A stretch of DNA of 64,000 nucleotides, from the NCBI GenBank assembly GCA_035084275.1, contig CM068748.1:11160001-11224000 (forward strand), in the 5' to 3' direction. The position numbers and the translations under genes were made by a program. This document shows positions 50,076-63,699 of the stretch, piece by piece (the stretch's first letter is position 1; the number at the start of each line of letters is the position of its first letter). Below the pieces are notes generated by a model. The model searched no databases, had not been told where the DNA came from, and was given only the letters and a program-made list of their open reading frames with translations. The stretch is from Hydrolagus colliei (Eukaryota).

Positions 50076-53000
50076 ATTGAAGTTTGACTTGTAATATTTT
50101 TCTACTGCATTCCTTATTTCCATGACCTGTGTGAATTTTGCTTTGGAAGTAGTGTGTCAGACGAGATTTCCTATACACTTATATGAATTTATCTTTTATA
50201 TTAACTGAAGACGACCCCTCTGAGAAACTTTGATTTTTTAGTGAGCAAATCTATTTAGAAAAACTACTAAATAGATCCTATATCTGTAGCCTTTATGCCA
50301 GCAAAACATTTTGAAGGTGGATTACATTGGATTAAAGTCAACATTGAAAAGCTAAGATTAATGATTGGTAGGGCACACTGTAGATATGACCCTGTCAATC
50401 TCTGTTGTGAACAAATCCATGCTGTTGGAAGGGATAATGCATACTGGAAGCATTGATGTTTGCATAAAGTTACACAAGTCTTCTGCGAAATATGTCAAAT
50501 TTCCTAATGTGAAGTAATCTTTGATGTGTTTTGTGTGAATTTTTAAGCTCTCTGAGACACCGTCCGACGTGGGGAGCGCTATATAAATCGAAGTTGTTGT
50601 TATTGTTGTTGTTGAATGCTTAATAAAATACTGGAGTATGTGATTACAGTAAAGCACTGTACATGTACAGTTAATCTATCCAGTAGAGGGTGCTGCCTTC
50701 AAAGTAAATTAATTTTTTATTTTTCAGCAAAAAAATGGGACCTGGTGTTTTGTGCCTAGAGCGTGGGAATGAGTATCTGAGAACAGTTTATGTCGAATTA
50801 GATGTCAACTATTTACCACTAAAATGCTACCTTTGCATTTACCTTCACTTTCAAAATCACCAAAGCTGAGAATTCCCAAGGAAAACATACGATTCAAATA
50901 CATTTAGGAATTTTACAGCTCCAGCGATAACTTAATTTGATCCACAGGAAAGCTAAAATCATTCAGAAACTTCCCATATAATCTGATTGCAAATTGACCC
51001 TCACTCAAATGCGATTCGGGAGATGTTGATGAATGTGACATTGGATTAATTGGACAGAATCAGTGTTCTTATCTGGTGAAAGATCAAATGTAGCATTTTT
51101 ATCCCATGTTTCAATTATGTACGTCTGTCAAGCTAAATTGGCTGTGATTGACATTTGTTTTGTCAATCATCTATTGTACAATGCGGAACACTGATTTGTA
51201 TTGTTGGGTTGATAAACTGGCAAAACCCATTTAACTTGAATGGGGCTTAATCTGACCCAAGTGATTTCCCTCAGTCTGTTTATAGCCAATTCAAAAAGTT
51301 GTTCAATGCCCAAACCACTGGGAAACTTCAGCTATGAAACCTTTATTTATCTGATTAATTGCCACTCACACTCCTCTTTGTGGTGGTCCTGAAAGACGAA
51401 AATCAACATGGCTAAATGTAAGTTTTTAAAAATTTATTGGATGCTTCAGTAAACATCTAATCTGGGCCTAGTATTTTTGCTGTAAAGTGTTCAAAAGAGT
51501 GGATTGGATGTAAATGGACCTATTTTGTTTAATTTCATCCTCCAGAATGTTTGCCTTACTATAGTATCATCCAATTGTAGCATTAAATATTTCTTCAGTA
51601 GTCCACCATCCTGGACTGAAACAGTTTTCCTAGCAATTCATTCCAGTGATTAATTGCCCTGTGGGTAAATAAATAATTCCTGCTGTCTGTCCTGAAATTG
51701 TCTTTTGCAATTCTGCAAAACTAGAATGCTCTTATTTGCTGTCTTCTCTTTCATCAAGATCGGTAATGCTGAAAGCAACGACAATTTGATTCCAGGATGG
51801 AGATATTTTTTTTAAATTGTAATTTTAATATGGTTTACCTTTTACCTCAGGGTTTGGCAGAATAGATGTAGGAAGGTCTGTACCTGACATTTCCCTTTAG
51901 GTAGGAAATAGTTTCAAATGCCATCAGTGGAGGCAAAAAGTTGGAATCCTGATCTCATCCTCTCACTGCAACTTTCTCCCACTCTTGAGAAGGTCAGGTT
52001 TTACTCAGGACAGCTTTTATTGGCAACCAAGATTAGATAGTTATTTAATTATTTAGTTAACTGCAACTTAAAGCTGCTGTGTCTTCACTTTATGATCTTG
52101 ATCCTGTCACTCATTCAATTACATTATCACTTTAAATGCTACACTGAAGTCTGTATCAATGGAAAATTCATATTTTGAAACAACTTGGAAAGGGCTAATT
52201 TTTTTTACCAGTCTTTAAGTCTGCCATAAAATCTATTTATTCGACTGATGGTCATCTCTGCCTTTTCTCTCTCTCCTGCTCTGCCTCCAACCCAAACTGT
52301 CAAGTGCTCCCAGATATTATCCTACATATCAAATGTTCTGATGTGAAATAATATTTAAACTCTGTATAACTGCAAAATGGTTATTGGGACTGTGGGCCAC
52401 AATGTACTTGTATAATTCAATTCTGTTTTTGACCAATGCTATTTTCTGTCATCTTGCTAATAAATGCTTCAATTTGGGAACTTAGAAAAACTGGAAAGAT
52501 TTGTTAAAATCATTATAAAATTATTTTTGTATCCAGTTCCCTGAAATTATGATTTTTAAACCATTATTCAAATCTACATCCGACATACATCGCCTACTGT
52601 ATTATCTGTCACTAATTCACTCTGTAATTTGCCTTGCTTAGCATATTAAGTGTAATAATGCTATATTCTATGTACAAATGTCTACAATTTCTTATTCAGC
52701 CCAGGGCTGTAAACAATTAGATTTGGATGATTTAAAGCTTTTGGACATTTCTGGATCATTTCTAGCAACAAAGGCTTTGAAGCAGAAAAATAAGTCAGAA
52801 AAATCTACCAAAATTCTGAACGATTGAAGTGCCTTCATAGCCCCCAGTACGCAGAGACCAGGGGTTATTTTCTTTTGAATTAAAGAAATCGACTTGAACT
52901 AGTGGAAAAGGCGGCTTTAATTAATGGAAAACCATAAAATGGGAGGAGATTTTCAGAGTTACCATGTTCCGAACTGTGGAATATAGTGGGATTGTTTTCC

Positions 53001-56000
53001 AGTGAAGTCGCATGTGCAATAGTTCTACTGTATCGGGAGTTGACAGGTTAGCACTTCTGACTGACAGTTTAATGAAATGGAGAAAGTTTCAAATTCAGCT
53101 TCAGTAAACTGATAAGCTTGAAATTGCTTCATTCTGATTGCTGATATGGAAGTGATTTGTTCTCTGTTACTTCAGGTTTGAAAGCTGGAACTGAAACTGA
53201 CTGGCCACAAGCTATGGAAGAATAGTAAACTGTTTAGCTTGAAACTATTGAGATGAATTCTCCAAATTGCTGAATTTTCCTGTTGATCCTTTCCTTTAAA
53301 GAAAGAAAAAGTCATTAGATGCATTCATTCCAGCACAACTTATGCCACTAATTACGTTGAATGAGCAGTTAAATTAATGGGATGGAGTCAAAACTCTAAT
53401 GTTACATGCTTCAAAGATTCCCTGTCTCTTTAAAGCTATAGCCGAAACAGGTAATAAATTAGATGGTCACTTGGTCACTCACTCCATGGCTGTTTGTAGG
53501 ACATTGTTGTGTGCACAAATGGCACTATATTATTGTGCAAAAACATGTTTGCATCAAAAATGCTGGAAAATACTTAAGTGTTGTTCCCTGTTCTTTATCG
53601 GCATTGTATCAAATTACTGTAGCCTTCACTGCTTGAATAGAAGAATCAAGTGTTATTACTTGGGACAAAGCAGGATATTTAAACCAAAAGTATGTGCAGG
53701 GTTCAATTCCAGTTCAATCGGATCGTTCTGGGTTGTTATGATCTCTGGATCTCTGGATGCAGACAGTATAATCTAAATTTAGTGAGGAAGTTTAATATTG
53801 CATCTAACTCCACAAAATGAATAACCCTGTGTCCATCTGGCCTTCCTTCATCCTCTTCAGTGGGGAGAAGAACATAGTAAGGATTTTGATTTGTGTTCAT
53901 TAAATACACTGTCACTAACTTTAGAGTGAAATCCCATGGAATACTTTTCTGAGATGTTTTTCGAAAACATGATGCAATGATAAATCCAATGTAAAGATAA
54001 TTTTATTATTATTATTATAAAAACGCTGGTACTTTTTTATTAACCTGTTGTTGAAAGTCAACACATTGGTTTCAGTAAACATATAGAAATCTGGGTTGCA
54101 TCAGAATAATTCAAACTCAGACCATGTTCCCAAGTATTGTTCCAGACTCTTTAAGAATCATCAAATATTTATAACATTCCTTTGAACACTACAGAATTAG
54201 GTTGGTCTGGTGTCAGTATGTGTGAAAGGAATCTTTCCCTGCTAATCTGAAACAAATCTACGTGTTTCAGTGGAAACCCATCTGCCAATAACTCCTGGCT
54301 CGGGTTGCTAAATGACGAACAAAAAATAAAATGTGCTTGACCAGCTATTCATGCTGGTTCCATTATAAAGCAGCTCTCCTAATTGGATCCTGTTATCATT
54401 TTATCAACGTGTGGCTCAGTTGCTTCAGTGGTAGATGATTTAACTCTCAACAAGAAGTCTCACCAGCTATTTAATTATGTTGTGCTGGGGCAGCTTTAAT
54501 GCTTCTCGGATAAGATGACAAGAGAACACAGTAAACAATTCCATCCTAGAGCAAAGCCACTTCCTCTGTTACCGAACTCTGAGAAAGATTTCTGGCTAAT
54601 GAGAAAAAGGTCTTCAAAATATTTGGTTTGAAAGTTTATTATTTTGCAAATTGGTTTATAATAAAATAAACAGGATATTATATACTAAGCAAAACTTCCT
54701 TGTTTGTGCTTTTCTTTTGCAATCGTTTGAGGAACTAAGTGTATTGTTTGTTTTCAATCTGAACTCTCGGAAACCCACACCTCTTATTATTGCTCAATTA
54801 AACTGACACACTCCTCTATGCTCATCAATCTGTTCAGCATTCGTAAAATTCCTGGTCCTTGCATTCTTTCCCACTGGGAATTGCCTGAGTTATTATGGAG
54901 CATCCTGGAACAGATGGAATGTCCCCTGACTGCAGGCAGCTGTGATGTCAGACCAAAGCACTATTTAATTGGATAGATGTGAATTGGACCCGATGTGGAT
55001 ACGAGAGCTTCTCCGCACATATCAGCTCCATCCCAGTAAATCTCAAAGCAGCACGAGGATTAGGCTGTGCTTGTATTCATTACTCTTACTGCTGGGAACT
55101 GCCACAGAGAGACACTGGGCTTTCACAACAGCAACCTAATTTGATTTTAGTCACAGTTTTTAGTTTTGTGGCTTTTAACTTGTCTAGATGGAAAAACAAT
55201 TCAGAAAGGAATTGAGAAATATCTGATTGCTGTGTTGTTTAAGGAAACAACAAGACTTCACTGGAACCAATTGTATTGCTCAGGTAACATCATTGTTTTT
55301 ATGTGGATATTATTTATATATGCTTGTGTTTACAATTTAAAAAATGCTGGTGCTCCCATCTTCAAAGTGTTTTGGTAACTTAATGTTGAGTAATGCATAA
55401 ATTCTCTCCTACTTTAGGACTGACTGGTACATGAACAGATCATTGCATTATATGATTCTACATCAAGCCTTAACTAACTTTGCTGAACAATATTTTCTTT
55501 TCTGAGGTACTCTTGAATTAATTTGTGAAAAACAATTTATTTGTCTCTGTTTAGTTTGAAAAAAGGGCGTGAACCATATATGTTTGGGACACAACTCCTA
55601 AATGCACACCTTGTGTTAAAGTGATATTCAAAATTCTGTTTCCATTACTTTGTATGTTGCCAATGGGACCACTTTGCACAGATGTAGTTGCAAGTAACTG
55701 TGTCCAGTTTTGCATTCAGATGGTAAAATGAAACTACAATTTAAATAATTCTAGTACATGTCCATTCAAATAGGTAAATCACATTTATTTTGTGCATTGC
55801 TTCCTTCTAAATATAATTTAAATATTTGCACATTATTTTAATTATGTTACATGCATTAATTTTACTTATGATTTGGATTTGATTGATTAGGGTTGGTGTC
55901 ACTGGACCGAAAGAAAATTAGTTGATTTGGTTTCTGTATAATAGGAATGAATAGGACATATACAGTGATTATAAAATAAATGTGATTTGATCCATTGGAA

Positions 56001-56339
56001 ATTTGTACATTGAGCATGAATGAGAAGAGATTTAGTTTCTTTGAATGCTATATCATGGGAAAGAAAGAAAATTGATCTGGTTCATGAGAATGAATGCAAA
56101 CTGAATTAGTGCCTTGGAATTCAAAATATTTATGGGGACTGAATTTCCTCTATTAATCACAATTTACAGTTTAATACATGGTTGGTGTAATCCTTTCAAA
56201 TTGAATATGTATGTTTAGCTGTACAACACAGTTTGGTATATTTTGGATTTTCATGTAACTTTTGAGAGTAAAGGTTAATTCTATTAATTTGAAATGTTAT
56301 ACGCATTCGGTCTAGACTCTTAATATAGAATTGGCTGCT

Positions 56340-56610
56340 GCTTCCCTTTGGATGAGACTTTAACCCAAAGTAGGTGGATGTTGAAGATCCCATGGTAGTA
56401 TTTTAAAAGAGAAGAGGATTTCTCCTTGCATCCTGGCCAACAATCTCTCTGAAAAATAAAATCGGTTAATTCATAGCTGTTCATGGGACCTTCGTGAGTG
56501 CAAATTGGCTGCCACATTCACCCACAGATAGAGCTACTATACGTCACAATACTATTCTGGAAAGCACTCAAAGACATTTGACATGTTTATATAAAATGCA
56601 AAGATTATTG
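56340..56610 (+). mobile_element. Old Deu-domain SINE fragment
   Basis: GGATGAGAC..AGGTGGATGTTGAAGATCCCATGG..CCTGGCCAACA..GCAAATTGGCTGCC..AAATGCAAAG. Confidence 0.6.
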
Positions 56611-57091
56611 CTCGGTTTTATTTGATCTTTGAATGTAAATCCCAATCCCTCTGGATGCAGACTCCTTTAGATCCTTGGTGATGCCTATTTACAGGATTAT
56701 AACTGATGCATTTATGATTATGATGTGATTATAGCTTCCCAGGGGTAATAATCCTTCAGGTTATACATCTCATCTAAAGGATGTTAAAGGATGTTTCTTG
56801 TGAGTTATTTACAACATTCTCTGGATAGCTTCAAAAATAATTATTTGAAATCTTCAAAAAAGAGGGTGAAACATTTGAGGGATTCATTCAAGTTTTCCTT
56901 CACTTCTCCTTCTTATGTACCCACCCAAAAAAGGTGTTTCTACAACTTCAAATGTTTTATATGCATCTGAAATTCAAAAGATTATTTGAAAATGTAGAAA
57001 ATGTAATTTGGTAAATGATATGTAAATAAGTTCCAGGTACTGTTGTTCTCTCAAGTATAACCTGTATATTTTCTGACAGGAACTACAAGAA

Positions 57092-57252
57092 ATGTCTGTG
57101 TGTGAGACATTCTCCCTTTTATTCATGCTCCTGTGCCAGCCTCAAGTTCGAGGTTGGGATGGTACTTCAGACCAAGCATTGTACAACTACTCTCCAATGC
57201 TTCCTGATGGGATGGAAATCACTGTCTTTCTCTTCAGAAACTTGCCACAGAG
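57092..57252 (+). CDS. NDNF: NDNF-like (neuron-derived neurotrophic factor family) coding exon 1, with signal peptide
   Basis: Acceptor ttttctgacag puts the exon start at 57080; ATG at 57092. Translates MSVCETFSLLFMLLCQPQVRGWDG...SPMLPDGMEITVFLFRNLPQR, matching NDNF 'SSVIPDGAEISSYLFRDTPKR'. Donor AG|GTAAGC, phase 2. Confidence 0.88.
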
Positions 57253-57559
57253 GTAAGCGCAAGTCAGAACTTATGATAACCTAGAGCCCAACATTCTAAA
57301 TTAGGAAGGATAATTGCATTTTCTTCCGGAGCAGATATTTTATCATCCTTCCAGTAAAGCTAGGATCTGTATACAAACAAATGGCTAAGCAATGACATAG
57401 ATATGCACTATTAGAGGACCAAGATAGACACAGGGATAATGCTGTTCAACTTGCTGTGAGCTCTAATGCCACTTATTAAATTATTTGTTTTATTTCATGC
57501 TAACAACGAGTCTTTTTCTGTGTTATTTTTGTTCCCGTTTGTTTCTCCTCTCTCCACAG

Positions 57560-57684
57560 GCATTACTTTGAGTTGAAGGCGGGCACTACTCCCTTCTCTA
57601 TCACTGTGACTCCATGTGACGCGCCTTTGGAATGGCACCTGGCTGCTCAGGAATTTCCTGATAACTCTAACAGAAAGGCAGCAG
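57560..57684 (+). CDS. NDNF: NDNF-like coding exon 2
   Basis: Acceptor ctctccacag; 125 nt. Translates HYFELKAGTTPFSITVTPCDAPLEWHLAAQEFPDNSNRKAA, matching NDNF 'TPLSVTVTPCDAPLEWKLSLQELPE'. Donor CAG|GTAAGG, phase 1. Confidence 0.93.
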
Positions 57685-58185
57685 GTAAGGGTTCCCATGG
57701 GGGCCAGTCACTCGCTCAATCTGACAATCACACTTTTGGCTTTTAGGACCTTCTAGAAGTAACTACAATGTTATAAAGCACTTTGAAACACTACCTTGCC
57801 TGCAGAGGGCTATATAAGTGCAAGTTGTTGTTGTGGCATAAACTAATCCGAATATGACATTTTAAAATTGCTAATAGCACAGATGTACAAAGAACTTGAA
57901 TTAAGACATAATTAATGAGAGGGTGTTGAAAATTTGCGAAGCACAAGAAGAAATTAGATGGTATTAAGGGATTTTTAAAAAAATGCTTCTAAATATTTAA
58001 AATATACCTCTTTATCTTAATTTCCCGGATAATGAATAACCTGTAGTGTCTTTCTTGTTCCATGAAATGTAAAGTACAAATCTAAACGATGTTTTAACCT
58101 GGAACTAATACTCTTTAATAATTGATAATGACCTCAATAATGACCGGTGATTGAGATACCCTATAAATAATCTTTTGCATTTCAG

Positions 58186-59567
58186 ATGTACATAAACATG
58201 GGAAGTCGCAGAAACATCAGCAGAGCTGGGATACTATGAGAGATCTTTTTATCTATAAAGGAAATGCGGTGGAGACATATGTGAGTGTCTCATCAAGTTC
58301 AACCTTCTATAGGTTGGAGCTTATTTCAACTGAGAAGAATACTCGAATCAGAGTTTACATGACAACCAGTCCACAAACTGATCCACCTTACCCAGAGCTG
58401 CCTTTTGACCCTCGTGTCGATGTTACGTCTGTGGGGCAGACGATGGTGACACTAGCCTGGAAACCGAGCCCTTCAATTCTGCGATATGAAGAAAGCATTC
58501 AATATTGTCTCCTTATCAATCAAGAACACAATTACAAAAGTCTATGTGCTACTGAGGCTCAGGTGGAATCTGCTGATGATCTATGGCCAGATATACCAGT
58601 TGTGTCCATCTTCTCCAGCTTACAGGAGATTCATGTTGCAAACACAAAAGGTTACCAAGTTGAATTGCTGTCCCCTTCAAAGTCAAATACACTTAATAGT
58701 CCATCACTCTGGGAAAAAGAATTAGATATTATGCAACAATGCATTGGTAATAAAAATGTTTATGTGGTGTCTGACCTACAACCAAACACTCAATATTATT
58801 TTGATGTGTTTGCTGTGAATACCCTTACCAACACTAGCACTGCATACACAGGAACCTTTGCAAAAACTCTCCAGCAGCCAGATCCCAAAGTTCTTGGTCT
58901 GAAGGAAGGAAATATGATTCAAGTGTATGTCAGAAAGGAGAAGCAGAAATTCTACAGCTTCAGGGCTGGAGTTTGGCATAGGAGAGTGCAGTTCACCCTT
59001 TACGCTTGCGGAGAAGTACATGTTCAAATTGAAAGGAATGGGAAGCTCTTAGTGTCTGAAACTATAGAAAGTTTGAAACATTTCCAACTCAGAGGAAAAG
59101 CCAAAGCAAGATATGTAGTTGGGATAAAATCCATGGAGTCTTTTGAGGCTTCTGTGAAGATCCTTGTATCTACACATTTCAACAAACCTATCTTCCCACG
59201 GCTGCCGGAAAGTCTGAAATTAAAAACCTTTGATAGACTAAGGACCTGTAACTCGGTCACCATTGCCTGGCTTGGAACACAAGAACGGAACAAGTACTGC
59301 CTCTACAAGACAGAGATTGAGCAGGAACATGCAAAGGAGGAAATAAAGAAGGCAAGTGGCTGCTTTGGACCAGAGTTGAGGAATTTGTCGGAGAAGGTAC
59401 ACTGCAAGTATTTTCACAACTTGAACAAGCTACGTGCAGTGACTACAGAAGAAGTCAGGGGTTTGGAGCCAGGAAAAATATATCTGTTTGATGTGTATGT
59501 TATTGGACACACAGGACATGCCGTAAAATACCAAAGTAAGCTAGTAAAAACAAGGAGGGTGTGCTGA
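58186..59567 (+). CDS. NDNF: NDNF-like coding exon 3 (two FN3-like domains and C-terminal DUF2369 region)
   Basis: Acceptor ttttgcatttcag is in frame with ORF 58236-59567. Motifs PYPELPFDPRVDVTSVGQTMVTLAWKPSP, YYFDVFAVN, LRTCNSVTIAWLGTQERNKYCLY, YLFDVYVIGH and KYQSKLVKTRRVC* are hallmark NDNF. Spliced CDS 161+125+1382=1668 nt, 555 aa. Confidence 0.95.
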
Positions 59568-59710
59568 TTTTTTTAAAACAACAATGAAATGTTTTAACAA
59601 CATTTGGAGCTCAGGAATTTTGCCAAACAACTATGAAAGTGAACAATTGCACATTTAACAACATGTGCTATTTTTAGTAACTTAGTGAATCTGCTTCCAA
59701 ACGGAATGGA

Positions 59711-59716
59711 AATAAA
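59711..59716 (+). terminator. Candidate polyadenylation signal of NDNF-like
   Basis: First AATAAA ~145 nt after the stop codon; alternatives at 60340 and 60387. Confidence 0.35.
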
Positions 59717-62609
59717 AATGGTTCATTCCAAACATTGATGTAAATGACTGAATGGGCTGAGTAGCCTTTTCCTGTTCCAAAACTTTTATAAAAATATAAA
59801 TCGTCAAGCCTAAGTTTAAGGAATTTATGTCAGCATCAACTGAATATGGCAGAACTAAGATGCGCAGAACTGAACTTAGAGTTAATCAAACTGGAGATTT
59901 AAATTTTTTGAGTTATGATTAGTTATGCATGTATACCCATTTTCAACAGAAATATATTATCTGGCGGGAATTTTGAATGCCAAGTTAAGCTGGAAGAAGG
60001 TGTGCTCAAACTTAGTTGGCGGAAGGGCTCAATCTTTTCAGAGACAGCCAAAGAACTATGTACTCTTTGATTCCAGTTGAACAAAAATCATTTGGGGGAT
60101 TGTAATATAGGAACCAGCATCAATAGGCTTGGTGTTATTCTTTAACTTGACAACAATTTTTCAAACCACTTGAAGCAACCTGACCAACCTTTGTCTGTTT
60201 GATTTAGATGCAGATTCAATTATCAATGACCATTTGTTTTTGAACCAGAATTGTTACATAGCACTTGTAAAGATTTAGTGAAACTAAAGTAAAGGTCAGT
60301 GAAACTAAAGTAAAGGTTGTATTTTTGTTGGTTGATCACAATAAATGTAAAAAATTCTTCAAATTGATTTTCTTGGGCTAAGAAACAATAAACTACTTTT
60401 CGTTTCCCTGCATTGAAATATTAAAAGCACATTATAAGTGGAATGTGTTCTCGTCACTAGACGGGGATAACTATCTCACCTCTGATGAAAATCATAAGCT
60501 ACCTACATATGAAATTCTCTCTCATTTATGTAAGTAGTTTTCAATCATATAGTGTGTGTGACAGACTTATCTTTTGAGATGAATAATTGAGTACATGCTA
60601 GTCATACCGGTAACAAAAATAATTGGTACAGAATGGACCAGATTGGTTGTTTTAAAATTATTTCCACCTATACTTGCTGATGATGGTTAAAATCATTTTG
60701 AAAGAAGTTCAATCTCTTGTTTTCATTGGAACACTTCATTTCATTAATCTCATGACTTAGTTCTTTGGTTTATGACCATTTGATTCCTTCCATATGAATT
60801 CACTTATTCTGTACATCCAGCCCTTCTGCATGTCTGGAAGGTCTGAATATCTGGGAAAGTAGACCTTGCTTACCCAGTTTTCCACCATTTGGTGTAGTTG
60901 AGTTTAGAAAGTTTTGATGCTGTTGAGCGAATAGGACTGAATTTTCAAAGCAAATGTTGTTTTCTGGTGCTGACCTAATCCTTGTTGAAATATTAATAAT
61001 ACAATAGTCCTTGTATTTAAAATAACACTTTTCACGTTGGGATGATATCTCAAAATGTTTCACAAGATTTACTGTAAAGTGCATTTATTGTATTTTATAG
61101 GTGAACCATATTTTCTGTGGCATTCAGGATCACTGGTAAACTATATTGTCTACCATCACATTATAATCCTATACAAACAGCATTCTGTCTTGCCCTTGTC
61201 TTTTACCTGGGGAAATGTTACACTCGAAAAAAATAAGATATTGTTAGTTCAGACCACAGTTAAGAGCATGCTATGTGTACAATAAGAGTTTGCATTTCAT
61301 ATATTCATATTTGAATGCATCAGATGTTGCATTTGAAACAAATTTCTTTATCAAAATTAGGAAGCTCATTCGTCAGTATTGATGACGAACCAGCTTCATA
61401 ATTCCTTCACCAGTCCTTCTCTATGACTTGAGAGAAGGATTAGTATGTAGGGTGTTAGGGGGGAAATTCCTATGTCACATGTAAGTTCATCCTCTTTGTG
61501 TTATTCTTTTTGCATGTAAAAGCACTGTAAATAGTTAAGTGTGATTTAGGTAGAAAAGAATTGCACCATGGTAATGTATTTCCAGATGAAGAACCAGTAG
61601 ATCAATAATACTTTAACAGAAGATTTATTGCACGAGTACAATGTAGTATTATTGATTCCTGATTTTAAAGATCAGAATAGGGTCATTAACTTGTTCATGA
61701 GTTTGTATTATTTATGCCACTTCAATCCAGGTGCATAATGTGGGCCGAATATTTGAATAATCTTTTCGCTTATAATCAAATATAACATGTTATTACATTT
61801 TAAATGTTCATTAGTGTTCTGGATTTCATATGGAATACATTAGCTGCCAGAACTTTTAAAAATTCTGTGGTTAGCCACTAACTTCAAGTTTCACTATGTA
61901 AGTTTTAATTTTCTTAGGTGAAACTGTGATTTTTTTAGTTTTTGTATACACTGATTCTGTGTACTTATTACTCTGAGTAGATTGTAACCTATTTCTTCAG
62001 CTTGCTTTTAGTGTTTGGTGAAGTGAAAATAAATAAAATCACTTTGTTCCACATTCAAAATTCCAGGTTATTACTTTTCATTTTCAGTCATCTTAAATGA
62101 ACTTCTAAAACATGAAATCAGTTTCTTGGACATCCCTGCAATTCCTTTATTTATTGTTGTATTTTTGTCTATATTAAACTCCAATAACCAATTTACACAA
62201 GTCACTACATCAGTAACAGATGACAAATATAAAAGGGAAAACTGAAAAACTTTATTTTAAAAGTCAACATTTGCCATGTGAGGCACATCATCCCAGAATG
62301 TTTTGATGCATATGCTGTTACATAGAATAGGTCCTGAGAGACATAACCTCCTTTCCTTCCATTTCATTGCATATTAGTATAAAATTCCACATGAATCTGC
62401 TCAGTCCTTTTTCCCAGTTCTGCACAATTAAACATTTGAAATTTGTAATGTTTTTCTTTCGAGAGGCATTAAAATGGGAACTATGTTCAACAATTTTTGG
62501 TCACATAATGTCTGACCCATGCTGCGGTTGCAGGCCCCAAACACTCTGTTTAAATACATATTCTTCATATGCAAGTCTGGACAGCATGTGCCTGTAGACT
62601 AATATATCA

Positions 62610-63110
62610 AGTGCTTCATCCAGCTCATACAGAACTCCACTGCCCGCATTCTCACCCATACCAAAATCCGCTCCCCGATTACCCCAGTCCTTGCCAGACT
62701 GCACTGGCTGCCTGTCCTGGAGAGGATCGATTTCAAGATCCTCATGCTTGTATTTAAATCCTTCCACTCCTCTGCATCCACCTACCTCTCTGATCTCCTC
62801 TTTCCTCAAAACAGTACTGTTGCCTTCGCTCCATAAGGTCTGGCTTCCTCCTTGTCCCCTGAATCCTCCGCTCCACGATCAGTGGCTGTGCCTTCAGCCA
62901 CTATGCCCTGAGGCTCTGGAACTCCCTTCCTCATTCCCTTTGCCTCGACCCCTCTTACCTTCAGGTCTTAGCTAAAGACCTTTCTTTTCGACCACGCTTT
63001 TGGTCACCTTCTTCCCCATCCCCTTGTCTCAGCCCTGGGATCCGTTATTGGGAAGTGCCCTGAGACGCCGTAAGGCGTGGAGGGCACTATATAAATCCAA
63101 GTTGTTGTTG
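62610..63110 (+). mobile_element. L2 LINE 3' end
   Basis: QLIQNSTARILTHTKIRSPITPVLARLHWLPVLERIDFKIL; tail GGCACTATATAAATCCAAGTTGTTGTTG. Confidence 0.88.
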
Positions 63111-63699
63111 TATGACTGCTAGGCCTGATCCTATGCTTGCCTCCAGTACTTCCACCAATCCTCACTGAATAGTGAACAGATGGATGGCATGGAACTCTGA
63201 CCAATTTGTTCCTTGCCAGACCAATTGTACAAAAGTTTTGACAGCACTGGCTGAGATAATATAACAAAATACAGATTAGGGATTGAACTTGAAACTTTCC
63301 AAATTGCTCAGTACAACATCACCTGGTGCACCGAATCACTGGGAAAAGCAATGTAAAATCTTTTTTAGATTGGTCACCAAGTCTGTGCCAACTAAATGTG
63401 GCAAACATTATGGTGAACTTTAATGTGCTTCACCTTTGAAATTTTTATATTAATAAATGTTGCACATCCCCAAAGGTGGTGCTTTGCATAATACTCACTG
63501 GAAGTTTGCGCCAAAGAGCACTATGTGTAAATAGAGATGGTGTTTCACCATTAATATAAATGAATCATGAAGTATTCAGAATTCTAATAATGGGGTTGGG
63601 GGAAAGGGGCTGAATTCTAATCTATGGAAACCAGCTAAACTTGGCAAAAATCTTAATACGATTCTTATTATGTTGACAAGACAGAAGCCATATTGGTTC

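Noticed and set aside
53399-53776. 125-aa ORF and the other short ORFs in AT-rich DNA
   Set aside because: No recognisable homology, no consistent splice signals, and partly overlapping decayed SINE sequence.
60277-60317. 21-bp tandem duplication AGTGAAACTAAAGTAAAGGT(C); similar 15-bp duplication at ~6056-6085
   Set aside because: Simple slippage duplications; not a proper ISRE and no other support for function.
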